DNA from: Neoechinorhynchus agilis
Lineage: Eukaryota > Animalia > Acanthocephala
Assembly: GCA_051530055.1 (NCBI GenBank)
Contig: CM121343.1
Span: 3,814,389-3,878,388, forward strand
Direction: 5' to 3'
DNA: 64,000 nucleotides
The position numbers and the translations under genes were made by a program. Under the pieces are notes generated by a model. The model had not been told where the DNA came from and made no database searches. It saw only the letters and a program-made list of their open reading frames with translations. Within the stretch, counting starts at the first letter, position 1. Every line of letters starts with the position of its first letter. Positions 23,429 to 37,324 of the stretch are shown here, in pieces.

Positions 23429-24397
23429 AAAGAAAAGCCCACAAACATGTTGTAGCCGAAAGGAAATTTTGATTATAATATTGTTTTAGCCACAAAATAT
23501 TGCTAGCAGTTTTTGGAGATGCAGGTAGATTTGACGATATCACGCTTAGTCACCAGTCCTTCGGTGTGTTGCTATTAGTAGAAATATATTCTTGAATATG
23601 TGCAAGTTGACTGCCGTAGTAGAAATAACAAGAGAAAAAATAATCACACAATTGCAAAGGATTTACTAGAGTGAAAAATGAAATACATTTTAGTTAAAGG
23701 CGACTTATTGACCATTTCAGCAGCATTTTTTTCATTAAAAGATTGCAAAAAATATACGTATGTTGCAAAAATAGAAAATTTTAACTGGATGAAAATACGA
23801 TGTAGTCGATTCTCGGGATAGATTCCTGATTTTAATTTTTTTTACTTTTAATGAACAACAGAAAGATATAATCAATTCCACAAAAGACCAAGAATTCGAA
23901 TTTCAGCTTTATTGCAACAATCACAACTCTCACTCGGTCAATGATGTTTCCGCCTTTAAACATTTTGCTTTTAGCTGATAAATGCTGGTACAAATGGGCT
24001 ACGAGTAGATTGTTCAAAGGCATGTTCGATTGACTTTTTATGGCAACCAAAACTAAATGTTAGCTCACTTAAATCTCGAATATTAGGGTATAACTTCGAA
24101 CAAAATGCTATGTAGTGTAAGAGTCGCCCATAAGTACGGAAACCCTGAGACATTAATACGTTACAAAAAAGCATGACCGAAAAAATATTGTTAACAAGTG
24201 GCGAAAGTGAAAAACCCGTTTTAAGACACGAATGTTTTCCTTTGAGATTAATATGACTTCAAGGAAAGAACATAGATGGGTTACTTAATTTGATAAAACT
24301 GCCACAGCTTGAAGTGGCAAACGTAATGCTTTGAATTATTTTAAAGGAATATTTTATAAAGTAGAGAAAACCAATCACATACACAAATCCATCACGA

Positions 24398-24694
24398 TTA
24401 GTGGCATACCGTTCTTTTCTTGGTATATTTCTTTTTGTTGCAAACAGGACTGCTGACTGACGAATAGGAAAAAATCCTGCATTCATCACATTTCACAAGT
24501 CGTTTGCCTTTTAGTTTATGGTACTCATTTGGCCATCCGAACATGAGGTTTCCATTGGAAGCCCCAGGAGATTCCATGTGACAACTCTCGAGGTCATATA
24601 TAAGCCTTTCAGTTTCTGTCAAAGTGCTCATCTTTTCAGCGTATTTTCGCTCAATTGATGAAAAACTGTCTTTGCTGTTTTTATCCACACTCAT
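24398..24694 (-). CDS. MEAF6: Chromatin modification-related protein Eaf6/MEAF6-like (divergent, 98 aa)
   Basis: ERLIYDLES..GNLMFGW..RIFSYSSVSS matches the Eaf6 signature ERQIYxFEGSYL..GNIIRGW..RLFSxSS. Confidence 0.7.
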   Translation of the reverse strand: MSVDKNSKDSFSSIERKYAEKMSTLTETERLIYDLESCHMESPGASNGNLMFGWPNEYHKLKGKRLVKCDECRIFSYSSVSSPVCNKKKYTKKRTVCH

Positions 24695-25218
24695 CTAAAA
24701 TGCTAGTCTTTTTGAAAGTGTGTCGAAACCGAGAAGGTATTTCATGAACGCGATGATATAGTAAGAAAGCAGTACAATGCATTTTGTGTTGCTCTCATAA
24801 ATACAAGCACAAAAAAGCGGATTAAAGAATAAAAATGATTTACTGAAAACGTATAAAGTTGATTTAGTAAATTATGACTTGGAAAAACCATTTTTTCTCT
24901 GCCTAATGCTAACGCTGCCTAGATTCATTTATTGCGCAGCATGTCTTTTCTTAAAAATCCAGAAAATGCATTTTCACTTCCAAACATTATTTTAGTCTAA
25001 AAAATTATTCACATTAACACTTTAGGTTTAAAATCTTATTATATTGAAGAAAATCAATTCAAATATCCAATTGGGTCCAATATAAATGATGTTACATTGC
25101 AATACCAGCGATTTCAATCGATTGTGTATTTTCATTGATTTATTAGCAATAGATAATTTGCACTTTCTGGTGATGATTTATGCAATTAATGACTAATTTT
25201 CCAGTCGTATCGAAGACG

Positions 25219-25826
25219 CTAAACAAGATTTCTGCAACGAAAATCTGTAAAATTAACATTTTTATACCTACTAGTTTCCAAAAAATCGCAAGACGTTTTA
25301 AAGCTCTTTTTGCTTAGTGGGTTTACCAGACTGTGTGGAATCCTTTTGAACAAATATTCGCTAAGAGAGTACTCTTTAACAAGTACATTGACGACCCTTT
25401 TAGAGTTTAGAATTAAATTTATTTGCCCTTTTACAACGATGTCTCGGACTACCCATTGTGGAAATAAGAATCCAATTTTATTTTCTACATCTAATTCAAT
25501 AACATATTCGTTGATAAAGCTCAACGAAAAAATGTCTTATCTGGTAAATAAATGCTTTTATGGCTTTTAAAGCTTACATTAAAGTAAGTTTCGTATCACG
25601 CTTTAATAGATTTGAATTTAAAACTGCAAAATGTTATCTCTATTTTTAAAGGTAACCAGCATTTTTCATCGACTTTTAGCTGTAAGATCAGTCGAACAAG
25701 CATCGTACCCACAGTAATCACAATTCTTTTATTTCGTTCACAAATTTTAAAATTTCCGAACTTTCTCCTGGATGGAATCATAGGAAAAAAACCAGCCAAG
25801 GATTCACCAAATCCAACAATGCTCAA
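25219..25826 (-). CDS. Possible spliced hypothetical protein or pseudogene
   Basis: Two adjacent minus-strand ORFs with globular-protein composition; no motif recognised and no clean start found. Confidence 0.3.
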
Positions 25827-28716
25827 TAAATTTCTTTTTTACGACACAGCTACAAATGTGGCGGTGGAGAAAAATTATATATAAAAGAATGACTTTAATT
25901 GAAATATTTCGCCAATCACACTGGACTTCTTCAGTCAATTATCTAAAAGGCAATTTGGCAACCTCATTGTCTTATCAAAAGGTATCCTCAACTTTAGGGA
26001 ATAATCTGTCTTATTTCCCTCGAAGGTATTGGCTCCCTGAGTGAACACGGATTTGATAATAACACGTTCAATCTTATGGTCATTGCCCGTTAATGACAAA
26101 TACTGACAAACCTTAAAATATATTTTTAAAGTTCAGACTGTGCTTTCTTTATTTTTCTTATATATGCGTCATATTTAAAATCCAGCGACTTTTAAACTAG
26201 AGACAGCTTTGAATTCGAATATAATATCTTAAAATCTAAAAAATACGTTTTTATGTACTCATTGCTATCACTTTACAAAGATGAAAAGTAACTTTATAAA
26301 TATTATACTTCTTTTTAAATAGTGTCTTGAAAACGATTAATTTTATCGGCGGTAAAAAATACCACTCTTTTATTTGATATTAATTAAAATTATAAATTGA
26401 GTCCTTGTTCGCAAAAACATTTTTATAATACATAGCAAGATTAAAATACTCGCTTATCCCGAGAGCTAAGCAAAATTGAACGAGCTCAAAAACAAAAATA
26501 ACGAAGATGATCGAGCTAGACAGCACCAAATATTACCGTTTATATCGATTAATTTGATATAATTCCAGTGCAAAATGTAATTGCATCGAAAAAATCGATG
26601 GATGCCTTAATCACTGAGTCTTTCATTTGCGAATTTTTCTCTTGGAATTTTTAGTACCTCAAAAGTAAATTTCCACCAACAACTTCAATCAAATTTCGTC
26701 TATTTATGAGCTTCCTTTAAAAAGGTATATTTTATTTAAAAAGAGGGCTCTTTATAAATTAAAGCGGCTGAGATCCGTACATTTCAGGATCTAAAGTTTT
26801 GATTTAAAAATTAACATTCTTCTATTTTTTTAATAATAAAACCGTACCCCAATCTCTTGTTTCATGCAATCGCATTTTATTCAATTCAATTGTTGTTTGA
26901 AAATTGAATTATTTATGAGAAACAAACAACTCAATTATTGTCCGATGTAATTGAATTTAGAGACAGGAATGATAGTCGTATTTCTTGCAATTCGATAAAT
27001 TCGAAAAATGACCGATTTAAGAAATTAATCTTATTATCAAAATGCTATTAAAGCGACGTAATAAATGGGTTTGGGCGCTTTTTTAACTATAATTTAAGGA
27101 ATCTTCACGGTTTTCTTCAAAGCCATTCTAAATTGTGTTAAATTGACATTGACAAAGGTGCATATAAGTTCCGAAAGATCGACTGCAAAACTAAAGGAAG
27201 ACTTACATTAAAAATCGGATCATTACAATTTGTTGAACAGACCTTTACCACATTTTAGGTGAGTGTCCGTGCCTAGAAACCGAGTGTTTTTTTGAGAAAC
27301 CAGGTTAAAAGCAAAAGATGCATTTCACCTGCCATCAGGGCAAAGTCATTCTATTGAAAAGCAACGCCATTCAAAAGCATCCACCAGGTCAAAATAGAGG
27401 CGTGTCGAGTCTTAGTTGGAAGGATACCACGATTCAAAAGATTGCATCGTCATGATGATTTCCGCTGACAAAATGGAATATTTACCCTATTCAAAAGTTC
27501 TCATAGTTACTAAAGTGTTGAATACACGCGACCATTTCTTTATACATATCAAGAAAATCCATCAGGATGGTAAATATTGAATGGTTGTTGAACATAATCT
27601 CGGTTAAAGACTACTTGTATTTTCCTCAATAAACAATGACACGGACGAGGCGAGGTTTCCTCTTTCGAACTATTTCATAACACTAAAAGAAATCTTGAGC
27701 CGGGATTATGTTCAAAACCCATTTAACATTTCTATATTATTATTAGCATGAACCCCATTCATTTTTTCATTCCTCGCTAACACAAAAAAATATTGAGATC
27801 TAAAAATTTCGATAACTGAACAATTTCCAGTCAATAATTTGCGAACAAAAACCATAATCCAGTTTCCCCAATATTAAAAAGTTTAAAAAATTCACGCGAA
27901 ATAACAAATCAGTTAATAGTTTGAACATATATTGAAGGTTAATTTTTCTGATATCCTGGTGGAATTATGAAATCCTAATTTTGACAAAAAAACATAAAAA
28001 AAGATTCGAGTTTGGCGATAATTTTTCCCTCGGATCGTTGTTGCTGGTGTTGATCATTTATTTTAAAATATTTCGTAAGCTTTTTGCATACCTCTTCAGT
28101 TATATCTACAAATTAAACTAAAGTCAAAATTGGACTATAGGCGTGGATCTGCGGGTTCGCCAAGCGCCGTCCAGCTGCGGCGATCTAACGTTTTGGTTTT
28201 GTTTTGCCAAGAATTTTCGGAAGTACTAGGGTATGATTCGCTTTGTTACCCTCCATGGTTCGAATCAAATTCACCCCGACGACAATTCTCGACTTATAAA
28301 ACGCGCGATTTTTTCGAACTAATAAAAGGATTGCTGAACAATTTGCTAATAATTTTAGTTTTGATTCTTAGTGTGATAAATTTAAAATGAGCTTATTTTC
28401 CGCTCAAATTATGGAAATTCGAGATAACCTTTTCCGTTTAAAATCACAAATGTGTCTGAAATGAATTTTTAAAATGCTGACAGAGTTTCCTCTGCAGTTG
28501 AATCTATGCCAGACTACTTTTTTGAGTTTTAAACTGTATTATTATTGCATATGAGGTTGCGCAAGCAAAAAAAGGTTAAGTTACTTTCATTGAATCTTGA
28601 CCGAATGTTAACATAACAAATTAAATAAAATTTATTGTGTACACCTATCGTTTTAAAACCTGAGCGGTAACTTGGGCTAAGCTATTACATAATTATCCAT
28701 TGTGATAAAACGTGCT

Positions 28717-29683
28717 TCACCATGGCGTATGAGCAACATATGAAGCAGGAAAGAGACCACTGTGACCGTTGCACTCTCCTAATAAAAATGCTCAAAATGC
28801 TTCAATAACTAAGATATCTTACCCAAGAGCCAGTTGTCGTCATATTGCGAATTAATTTTCACCGTGCATCCACGTTTTAAAGCTATTTCACCATCTTCTT
28901 GAGGCTCGAAATCGTACAATGCAACTGCATATTGACCCTGTACAGAATTAATAGATAAAAATAAACGACGAACAAAACGTTGCCTTCGTGTTGTGCTGAG
29001 GAACGGGATTTGCTGCATTCGGGGGTTGGAACTGCATTTGAGTCGTCTGTGATCGTTCCGATATCGCTGCTGTAGCACCAGATCGATTTTGGCCAATTAA
29101 AAACGTTGGAGATTTGACCATGTCTCGTAACGGCAGGTTGTGATTTCTACTGACCGAAGATGTCCGGTGATAATCAATGAGCTCATTAACGGAGTCGAAT
29201 TTTACAATCCACAGAAAATATTTTCCGTTTCCATCCCTTAATACTTTGTAATGCTGGCATGTACCCTCATGTCTAACTATCACGTCAAATTTCATATTCA
29301 GATCACAAATGACTTACTTGACTGAAATGGAAATATCGCCCGGACTACTTTCACAGTACCGAACCAAAAAAGCACCATCGGGTTGCTTGAACGTGCCGTC
29401 CGACCACTGTGCGAGCAAAATCCTTTCAGCTTGACTACGAGAGGTTTTTCCTGCAAACCACGGGTGAGGCTTTATATCGATATAAGTTTTTGGCACGTAG
29501 CCGATGCGTCCATGTAATTCCGCCGTATACCAATTCGCATCATCTTCCATTGATATGATCTAAAAACAATTATTCCTCCAAAAAATAACCACGAACAATA
29601 CAAACCTTGACAATCGCTCCCTGGCTAAAACTCAATTCGTCCCGCTCGTTTGCAACAAAATCGTATTTCGCCGCCGCTTGCAT
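28717..29683 (-). CDS. GRB2: GRB2/Drk/Sem-5 adaptor (SH3-SH2-SH3), 5 exons
   Basis: [37 protein letters not shown]; SH2 [35 protein letters not shown]; C-SH3 [31 protein letters not shown]. Joined by four introns of about 45 nt. Confidence 0.97.
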
Positions 29684-31679
29684 TGTTCAAAAGTCAATTT
29701 ATGTTTGTGTGTGTGTTTGATCGCACCAGAATCAGTGTTTGCAGTATTTACTTTGAGTAATCTGAAACTGAGCCGAAATATCATTCAGGTATCCAGTTGT
29801 GCCACTTCAAGTGAAAAATTCAATTTATCAACTGCACCTGAATTCGCGACGTAACAACTCGTTACATTGAAATGAAGATCAGCTAAGGGCATCGTTCTGT
29901 TGCACTCCAAAACTTAATCTTAAAACCTGCAGAATTAATTTACTTTCTTTTTCTTAGTTTTACCACCTCTCTGGAATTTAAGTTCACTAATCTATATTTA
30001 ACCGATATTTCATTTTTCGGATAATTCCGACATTTCCCCCGAGGTTTGCCATTGTTAAAGTGTTTTATTCACGACAAAATATCGGTTAAATAAATTAGTG
30101 GATTTAAATCCCCCGGGGTGGCAAAATTACCAAAAGAAAGTATCTTTTTCGCCGAAGATAATATTAATTTAGTTGAAATAATGTTTGAACCCAGACCGGC
30201 ATTAAAAATTCTTCTTAAACTCAAAGAGATCAATGTTAGAGCTATAAGAAAGTGTCTGCGGAAACTAAAATTTCTTTTTCTACTTAAAATTTGAACATTC
30301 ACGTCACTTTTTTGTGTTTAAACATTACGAAAGGGATTTCGCCACAGACTTTACCTTAAATCCAACAAAGAATATTTACAAAAAACTCGGCCTACATCCT
30401 GAGTGTTTTTAAAACCCGAAACAAGCAGTTTCCTTCTCCAATACGTGATCATTTCTGTTCTTTTTTACCATGTTCTGAGTTAGTGATTCGAGTATGTACA
30501 ACAAAGTTCCCACGTAGAACACTCGTTTCGAATGAAAGAGTTTCTTGAGTCTCTAGAGCATGCTCCGTTCCTTCTTGAGAAACTTCCTGACAAATATGAG
30601 TCCCTTTACAAACGCTCACGTAGTCGCTTAGTTTGCTTATTGTCACCTATGGTACAACACTCAAAATGGAGACTTGTGAGAAATAAAAGAAACGCATGTA
30701 GCTCAAAGACCTTTTAGAGAATGTAGAGACTTACAGCTCACTTACAAATCACTTTCTTAACAACGCCAGCCAATCATTGATTATTATAAATTGCATTAAG
30801 CGGAGACGCGAGGAACACTTCAGCGGACGTTTTTCAATATCTTTTACAGGATTCAAATGCCAACATAGACGCATTCAAATATTGGAAAAGCAAAGAGTCC
30901 ATTAATTAAAAAAATCAAGAATCTAATTAAATTTGGCCAGAAAAGCTGCGTGAAAGTTTTTTCTACTTGATTTACTATTTGACCAACGAGTAAAATATAA
31001 ATAGATTGCACACTTAATTTCGGAAAAAACCATTGTGTATTTTAATCTAACCAGAAAACGAATGAGAATAGCAAACATGAAGACGATAAAGTACCGTTTT
31101 TACTACTAGTTTTTTTACAGAAATTTAAATGCAAATTTCTTTAATTCGTTTATGAGATGGAGAGAGCGACCCACGGGTGTAGAGGCATCGTTGAATGATT
31201 GCTATTTATAGTGTTAATCGCAAAATGTGGCAATGATTTGTAAGATAGCAGCCTCGCGTCCAGACGAAAAAGACAGTATCGGGACGTATGATAGGAATTT
31301 CCAAAAACGAGGAATAATATTCCGTTCATGTAGATGTGCTGAATGGTGGTTGCTATTTCTTGAAGTACTAAAAAAGTTCCAACTTTACAACATTATGATG
31401 TAAGGTGCGAGCTATTCAAGAGTATAAATTCCCATGCAACTATTCGTTATCTAACAGTAAGTTCAGTCTTACACAAATAATCTTTCTCAATCTGAAACGA
31501 TTAAAAGCAATGTCTGTTTGCAGATAATAAATAGATTTTTTATGTGCCGAAATCTTCATAGTTCCAAAGAAGTAGAAAAAAACGGGTGAGGTCGCATAAT
31601 TCGACCGAGACCGTCTTCAAAAGATGTGACAGTGATTCTAAGCAGTTTCGTAATTTATAACTTTATTTGACATAGATAC

Positions 31680-31826
31680 GACCTAGAGTTTATTTATTTA
31701 CTTAGCTTTCGCCATATTACGGCTTCGACTGGGCAATTGTTTAAAGCTTACTTGTATTTTCCCCACAAAACAATTGCCCAGTTGAAGCTGTAATATGGCG
31801 AAAGCTAAGTAAATAAACTCTGGGTC
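31680..31826. repeat. Isolated hairpin with about 60-bp arms
   Basis: TACTTAGCTTTCGCCATATTACGGCTTCGACTGGGCAATTGTTT pairs with AAACAATTGCCCAGTTGAAGCTGTAATATGGCGAAAGCTAAGTA. Confidence 0.9.
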
Positions 31827-32021
31827 TTAATTGTCAGCTTGGAAAATCAAGCAGCGATTCACGCTATTATGGTGGCTGGTACTGGCTGAGCATCTATAAA
31901 ATGTAGATTTTTGACAGCAAATACCGGAAAAATGTATTTAGTTTGAATTTTTTCATCTGTATTTGGGTAAATAATTTCTGAAACACTTGCAAATTAAAAC
32001 AATTAACATATAATTTTAATG

Positions 32022-32995
32022 TCATATATCATTGTCCTCGGGGTAAATTTGATTGTACGATGGCGAATCCTGTCCCCGGAGTTATCGATACTCATTTATT
32101 TAAGAAATATTTCGCAAGGTTTTCCTTGCCTCTTCAGTCTCTAGCGAAATATTTCTCAAATAAAAAAATGAGTAACGACAACACCGGGGACAGGATTCGC
32201 CAACGTACAAGATATTGATTTAGTATTCTTAAAATAGATATTGATTTCATATATCATTGTCCTCGGGGTAAATTTGATTGTACGTTGGCGAATCCTGTCC
32301 CCGGAGTTATCGATACTCATTTATTTAAGAAATATTTCGCAAGGTTTTCCTTGCCTCTTCAGTCTCTAGCGAAATATTTCTCAAATAAAAAAACGAGTAA
32401 CGACAACACCGGGGACAGGATTCGCCAACGTACAAGATATTGATTTAGTATTCTTAAAATAGATATTGATTTCATATATCATTGTCCTCGGGGTAAATTT
32501 GATTGTACGTTGGCGAATCCTGTCCCCGGAGTTATCGATACTCATTTATTTAAGAAATATTTCGCAAGGTTTTCCTTGCCTCTTCAGTCTCTAGCGAAAT
32601 ATTTCTCAAATAAAAAAACGAGTAACGACAACACCGGGGACAGGATTCGCCAACGTACAAGATATTGATTTATTATTCTCGAAATAGATATTGATTTCAT
32701 ACATCATTGTCCTCGGGGTAAATTTGATTGTACGTTGGCGAATCCTGTCCCCGGAGTTATCGATACTCATTTATTTGAGAAATATTTCGCAAGGTTTTCC
32801 TTGCCTCTTCAGTCGTTATTGTTTGTAAGTTTTTAAATATGTGAGTTCGCCTTTGTAAGTTTTTAAATATATGAGTTCAAACATATTTAAAAACTTACAA
32901 ACAATAGCGACTGGAGAGGCAAGGAAAACCTTGCGAAATATTTCTCAAATAAATGAGTATTGATAACACCGGGAACAGGATTCGCCAAAGTACAA
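32022..32995. mobile_element. Tandem array of a MITE-like element (family B): three 225-bp units plus one longer palindromic copy
   Basis: Units start at 32022, 32247, 32472 and 32697; each carries TIRs TGTACG(A/T)TGGCGAATCCTGTCCCCGG...CCGGGGACAGGATTCGCCAACGTACA. Confidence 0.9.
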
Positions 32996-33765
32996 TATAA
33001 TTTTAATTTACATTGTGCAGAAGCCGCTCACCAAGCTTAACGCAAATTGTTTTTAATAACTTAAGGCAAAATAATAATTTACAAAGAGCCAAATATTCTA
33101 GAACCAATAATATCGATTGGTAAACCCATTTCGTCTACGAAAAAACACAAGATTGGATATCTCAGAAATTGGCGGGAAAAACTGCTTGAGCTTTGTTACT
33201 CCACTTTATAATCTTTCCCAGAATGCCTTTTTGAGCAGAATTCAGTGTATTGGGAGATTTTCACTTAGGAGGTCTTTTGGTTTTTTACCATTTTCTCTAA
33301 TTACCAATGACGTTCAGTGCAAGTGAATTAAACGTTTAAGTCATTGGCAAAAATCGATAATTCATATGTAAACGCCACGAGGCTTTGCACGAGTGGGAAA
33401 TCAATATAAATGCATTATCGATTTGGACAAAACTGAGAATCGTGTGTAAAATTGAAATTTCACCTCGTTTTTCTGCTCGTGTTTTCATACCCGAACGAAA
33501 TCAATAAAATTCCGGTTCGAAATTTCGAAAACAAACAAAACTCCCGAGAACTTCTAACGGCCAAAATGTAAGCCCCATTCGTTAAATAAACTTCAACCTA
33601 AAGGGCCAAAATATTGAATATCGACCTAACTCAAGATTGTAGGGCAGAGTAAGACACCGAATCTTTGCTCGGAAAATTCGTTGAGACCGTACACGAAAGA
33701 ATTAACCGATGAATGTGACTTGCGACCGATATCGTTTAGTTTGGATGCAGCAAGAACGATAGCAA

Positions 33766-36730
33766 ATGTCTGATATCGATTTATCTGGTTTGTCCGATAT
33801 TGAATCGAGTCTCAAAGTATTTCGAGATGCTAAGCATGAATTAATTGACTTGTTTCAGCGACTTGGAACGCTTTCGAATGCTCTACAGTCGTTCATTTGC
33901 GGTATTTGACCAATGTTTTGATTGGCTTTCTTGCTTACCATTTTCTAACTAGGCCAAGAGATTTCATTATTGGTCAAAGGCAGTGATGTAGTCGAGATGT
34001 TGAATTTTGATGAAAATATATCTCGAGTCACGGCCATTCTTAAGATGTTATCTCGTAATAGCATGAAAGTTTGTTTTTTTGGAAGAACAAGCAATGGGAA
34101 GAGTACGGTGATCAACTGCATGCTGCGAGATCGAATATTACCCGCTGGATTAGGTCATACGACTAACTGTTTTTTACAGGTCAGACTATTCCCAATCATT
34201 TTCCGATTAACGTGTTTATATTTCATAGATTGAAGGTTCAAATGAAGCCAAAGACACGGGTCCCTATTGTATTGTTCCTGGTCACGACGACAAACCATTT
34301 GAGATTGATGTTCTGGATTCAATTGCGAATGAAGAAGGGGACGACTTTAAAGTGGGTATCAGTGAGCTTGTCCGGATAATATGGCCTAAAGACGCCTGTA
34401 AATTTTTGAATGAGGATATTGTGCTGATTGATAGTCCTGGTATTGATGTCAGTGCGGACCTTGATTCATGGATCGAAGCTTACTGCATGGATGCGGACGT
34501 TTTTGTTTTAGTTTGCAACAGTGAAGCCGTCCTAAGTCGAACGGTGAGTTTCCTTTTTACACCACCTTTGTTACTGATTCTCAAAAACAACAAATAGGAG
34601 CGCAACTTCTTTGTTTCAGTGAGTGAAAAACTATCTAGTCCAAACATATTTATTTTAAACAATCGATGGGATATGACATCAAATGAGAGAAGGATGCACG
34701 AACTTCGTAAACAACACCAAAAACTGGAAACGGAGTTTTTGTGCGTGAAAATCAAAGTCTGTTCCACTGAAGCTGAAGCAAGCAAGCGCATTTTCTTCGT
34801 ATCAGCCAAAGAAACCCTTTCTAAACGGATATTGGAATTGAGACCTGACGCTAATGAAACAATCATTCAATTACCCGGTAATGACGAACGGAGTGACGAA
34901 TTTGATGCTTTCGAACAAGAGTTCACTAAGTGTATCAGCCAAAGTGCTGTCAGGACAAAATTCAAACCCCATACGGAACAAGGATTCAGAATCGCATGCC
35001 ATTATATCCATATGCTGAAATCGTTGCTTACTGAAATACAAGAAAAAAGTTACTTACTCGAAGAAAAACATAACTTTAGAGATCCTTCTTTAACCTGGTT
35101 GTGCATTTATATTCCAAATTTTGCAATTTAATGAAACGTTCATCCTATAATCAATTAAGCAGCTTGACTTCTTAACAATAAGTACTTATACGGAGATTTT
35201 TGGTTTCAAACGTTCCCCTTGCACTCGTCTTTGATTGGACAACGAACTCAAATTGCCTTTGCACCTTCTCGCTTGTTGTGTTTTTCAGCAAATAGCGCTT
35301 TGAAGTCTTATTCTAATTTTGTTAATTATTTTTTAATGTGGTTTTTGTATTAATGTTGGTGTATCAAAGCATTTTTAATATACAAAACTCGTCAATAAAG
35401 AAAATCAATGTTCTTTTGTACGCTTTTAAGTGGTTGTTTTTAATACACTTTTTTAATTTTCTTTAATGTTAAACGGGTAAAGAAATCTCTAGGATAAAGA
35501 GTTTGTTCAACGGGCAGAAAACATGGAACGACGATTGCATGAACTTACATATTTTGTGAAGGACAGGATTGGCCAGGTATCGATGGTAGTTGAAGAGAAG
35601 GTTTCATGTGCACTTTACGACGAATCGATACGATTGGCTGATTTGGTTGACAAATTTAAAGTTCCATTCAATTCGGAAGCGAATCATATTTCGTATTATA
35701 AGGAAGAGCTGAACAAGTATTTGGAGCAGAAATTGGGTGAAAATTTAAGTAGCCGATTGGGTCGCGTTTTAGCGACCACAACTGAAACGGTTGGCAAAGA
35801 TGTAAGAGACCGGATAGTTGAATTGTTAGCCGATGATGTTTCTTCGATAAATGATGTCCTACGAATCGTATACCGAGTTGATTTCTCTTCTGCTTATAGT
35901 CTCTACTTTTCGAACTTATGTTCCGATTTCAGGTAAGTTTCATTTAGAACGATACTTGTTTTACAATGTCAACTACTTTAGTGAAGACATCAGTTTCAAA
36001 TTTTCGCTTTCTCCGTATATTTTATTCGCTAGGATTTCCGCAAGATTCCGTAAAAATGTCAAACGTGATACTAAGTGGTCACCAACGGCTCCTCCTCTCC
36101 CTACAGCTCAAAGTCAAGAAGCAATGGAAATCGTTAAAGTAAGATTTTATATATTGATTTTCTTCTAAAATTGAATTCAAATAGCGATACTCACATCAGT
36201 CACAACAGTCAAGTGGATCATTAACATCAACAACTACGAATACTCTTCTTGCAATGCAAGCACTGGCGTTCCTGTCATCACCTAACAGTGCCGCTGCTGT
36301 TGCGATTGTAGGTGGATCGACGATCGCTTTTCGCGGATGGAAGATTTTGATCGGTGTTGGAGTTGCGATTGGTAGCGTATACGTCATTGAACGTGCCATG
36401 TGGACTCGCAGAGCTCAAGAAAGGACTTTTAAACGGCAATATGTCGATTTTGCGTCAGCTAAGCTTAAAATGGTTGCGGACAAAACAAGCGGAACTGCAA
36501 GTCAGCAGGTTCAACACGAATTAAGTCTTTATTTTGCACAAGTATGCCGATACGTCGATGAAAGTAAGGATCGAGTTTTGGACCAAGTCGGAAAACTGGA
36601 GGATCAGCTCAAAAATGTTATTTCTGTTAGTCAAAAATTGAAAACTTTCCTTGACTCCGCGACTGCTATACGTGATGCTATCGACGGATTTTCACACAAA
36701 TTTCTATTTGACACAAAACATGGGCTATAG
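33766..36730 (+). CDS. MFN: Mitofusin (Marf/Fzo1-like GTPase), multi-exon
   Basis: [63 protein letters not shown], paired transmembrane segments and C-terminal FKRQYVDFA; GT-AG introns. Confidence 0.97.
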
Positions 36731-37204
36731 AGAGAAAGAGACCATGTTCATTCAATGAAATAATGTGATATTAGATGGAATATGTACTCGATTTTATCCG
36801 ATAACATGATAACCTTTGCGATTTGTTTTAAACTTTGACGTACACTACTTTTTTTCGCTCCGAAAAACCTTACGCTTTTCAGTTAGAGGTTCAATGAAAA
36901 TAAAACTACGATTATACCCTTAAATATTAATTCAAAATCAGCTCCAGTCTCTCCGAGACTGAGGGATATTTCATAAAAAACACTGAACTTTTCTCTCGAA
37001 CTAACCGTTTTACCCATCGTTTGTCGCGAATGTGTATTTGGTATTTTATAATAGAAGAATTAATCAAAACCTGCGCCTGTCTAAAAAAGCGAGAGGCGGG
37101 TTCGGAGGAAACTTGAATGTCGTTTACTACCAAATTTTCCGGAAAACAACCCTTTGCTTGTCGGTTTTCCGTTCTTTTCATTAATCCTACAAAGCATAAG
37201 TCTG

Positions 37205-37280
37205 CAACGGGACGCTGTCTCCCGTTACACCACTAAGGCAGCTGAGTGATCCAGAAAGGCGGTGGGTGAATGATTTCATG
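37205..37280 (+). mobile_element. Short 3'-end remnant of a CRE-clade element
   Basis: CCGTTACACCACTAAGGCAG..GAGTGATCCAGAA matches the reverse complement of 52925-52975. Confidence 0.6.
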
Positions 37281-37324
37281 ACCTTAAAAAATAAGTTCTC
37301 TCATTGTCGATATTATTTTAGGTG

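Noticed and set aside
30449-30717. Short ORFs as an hAT transposase remnant
   Set aside because: Only a vague resemblance to the TRWNS motif; not supportable.
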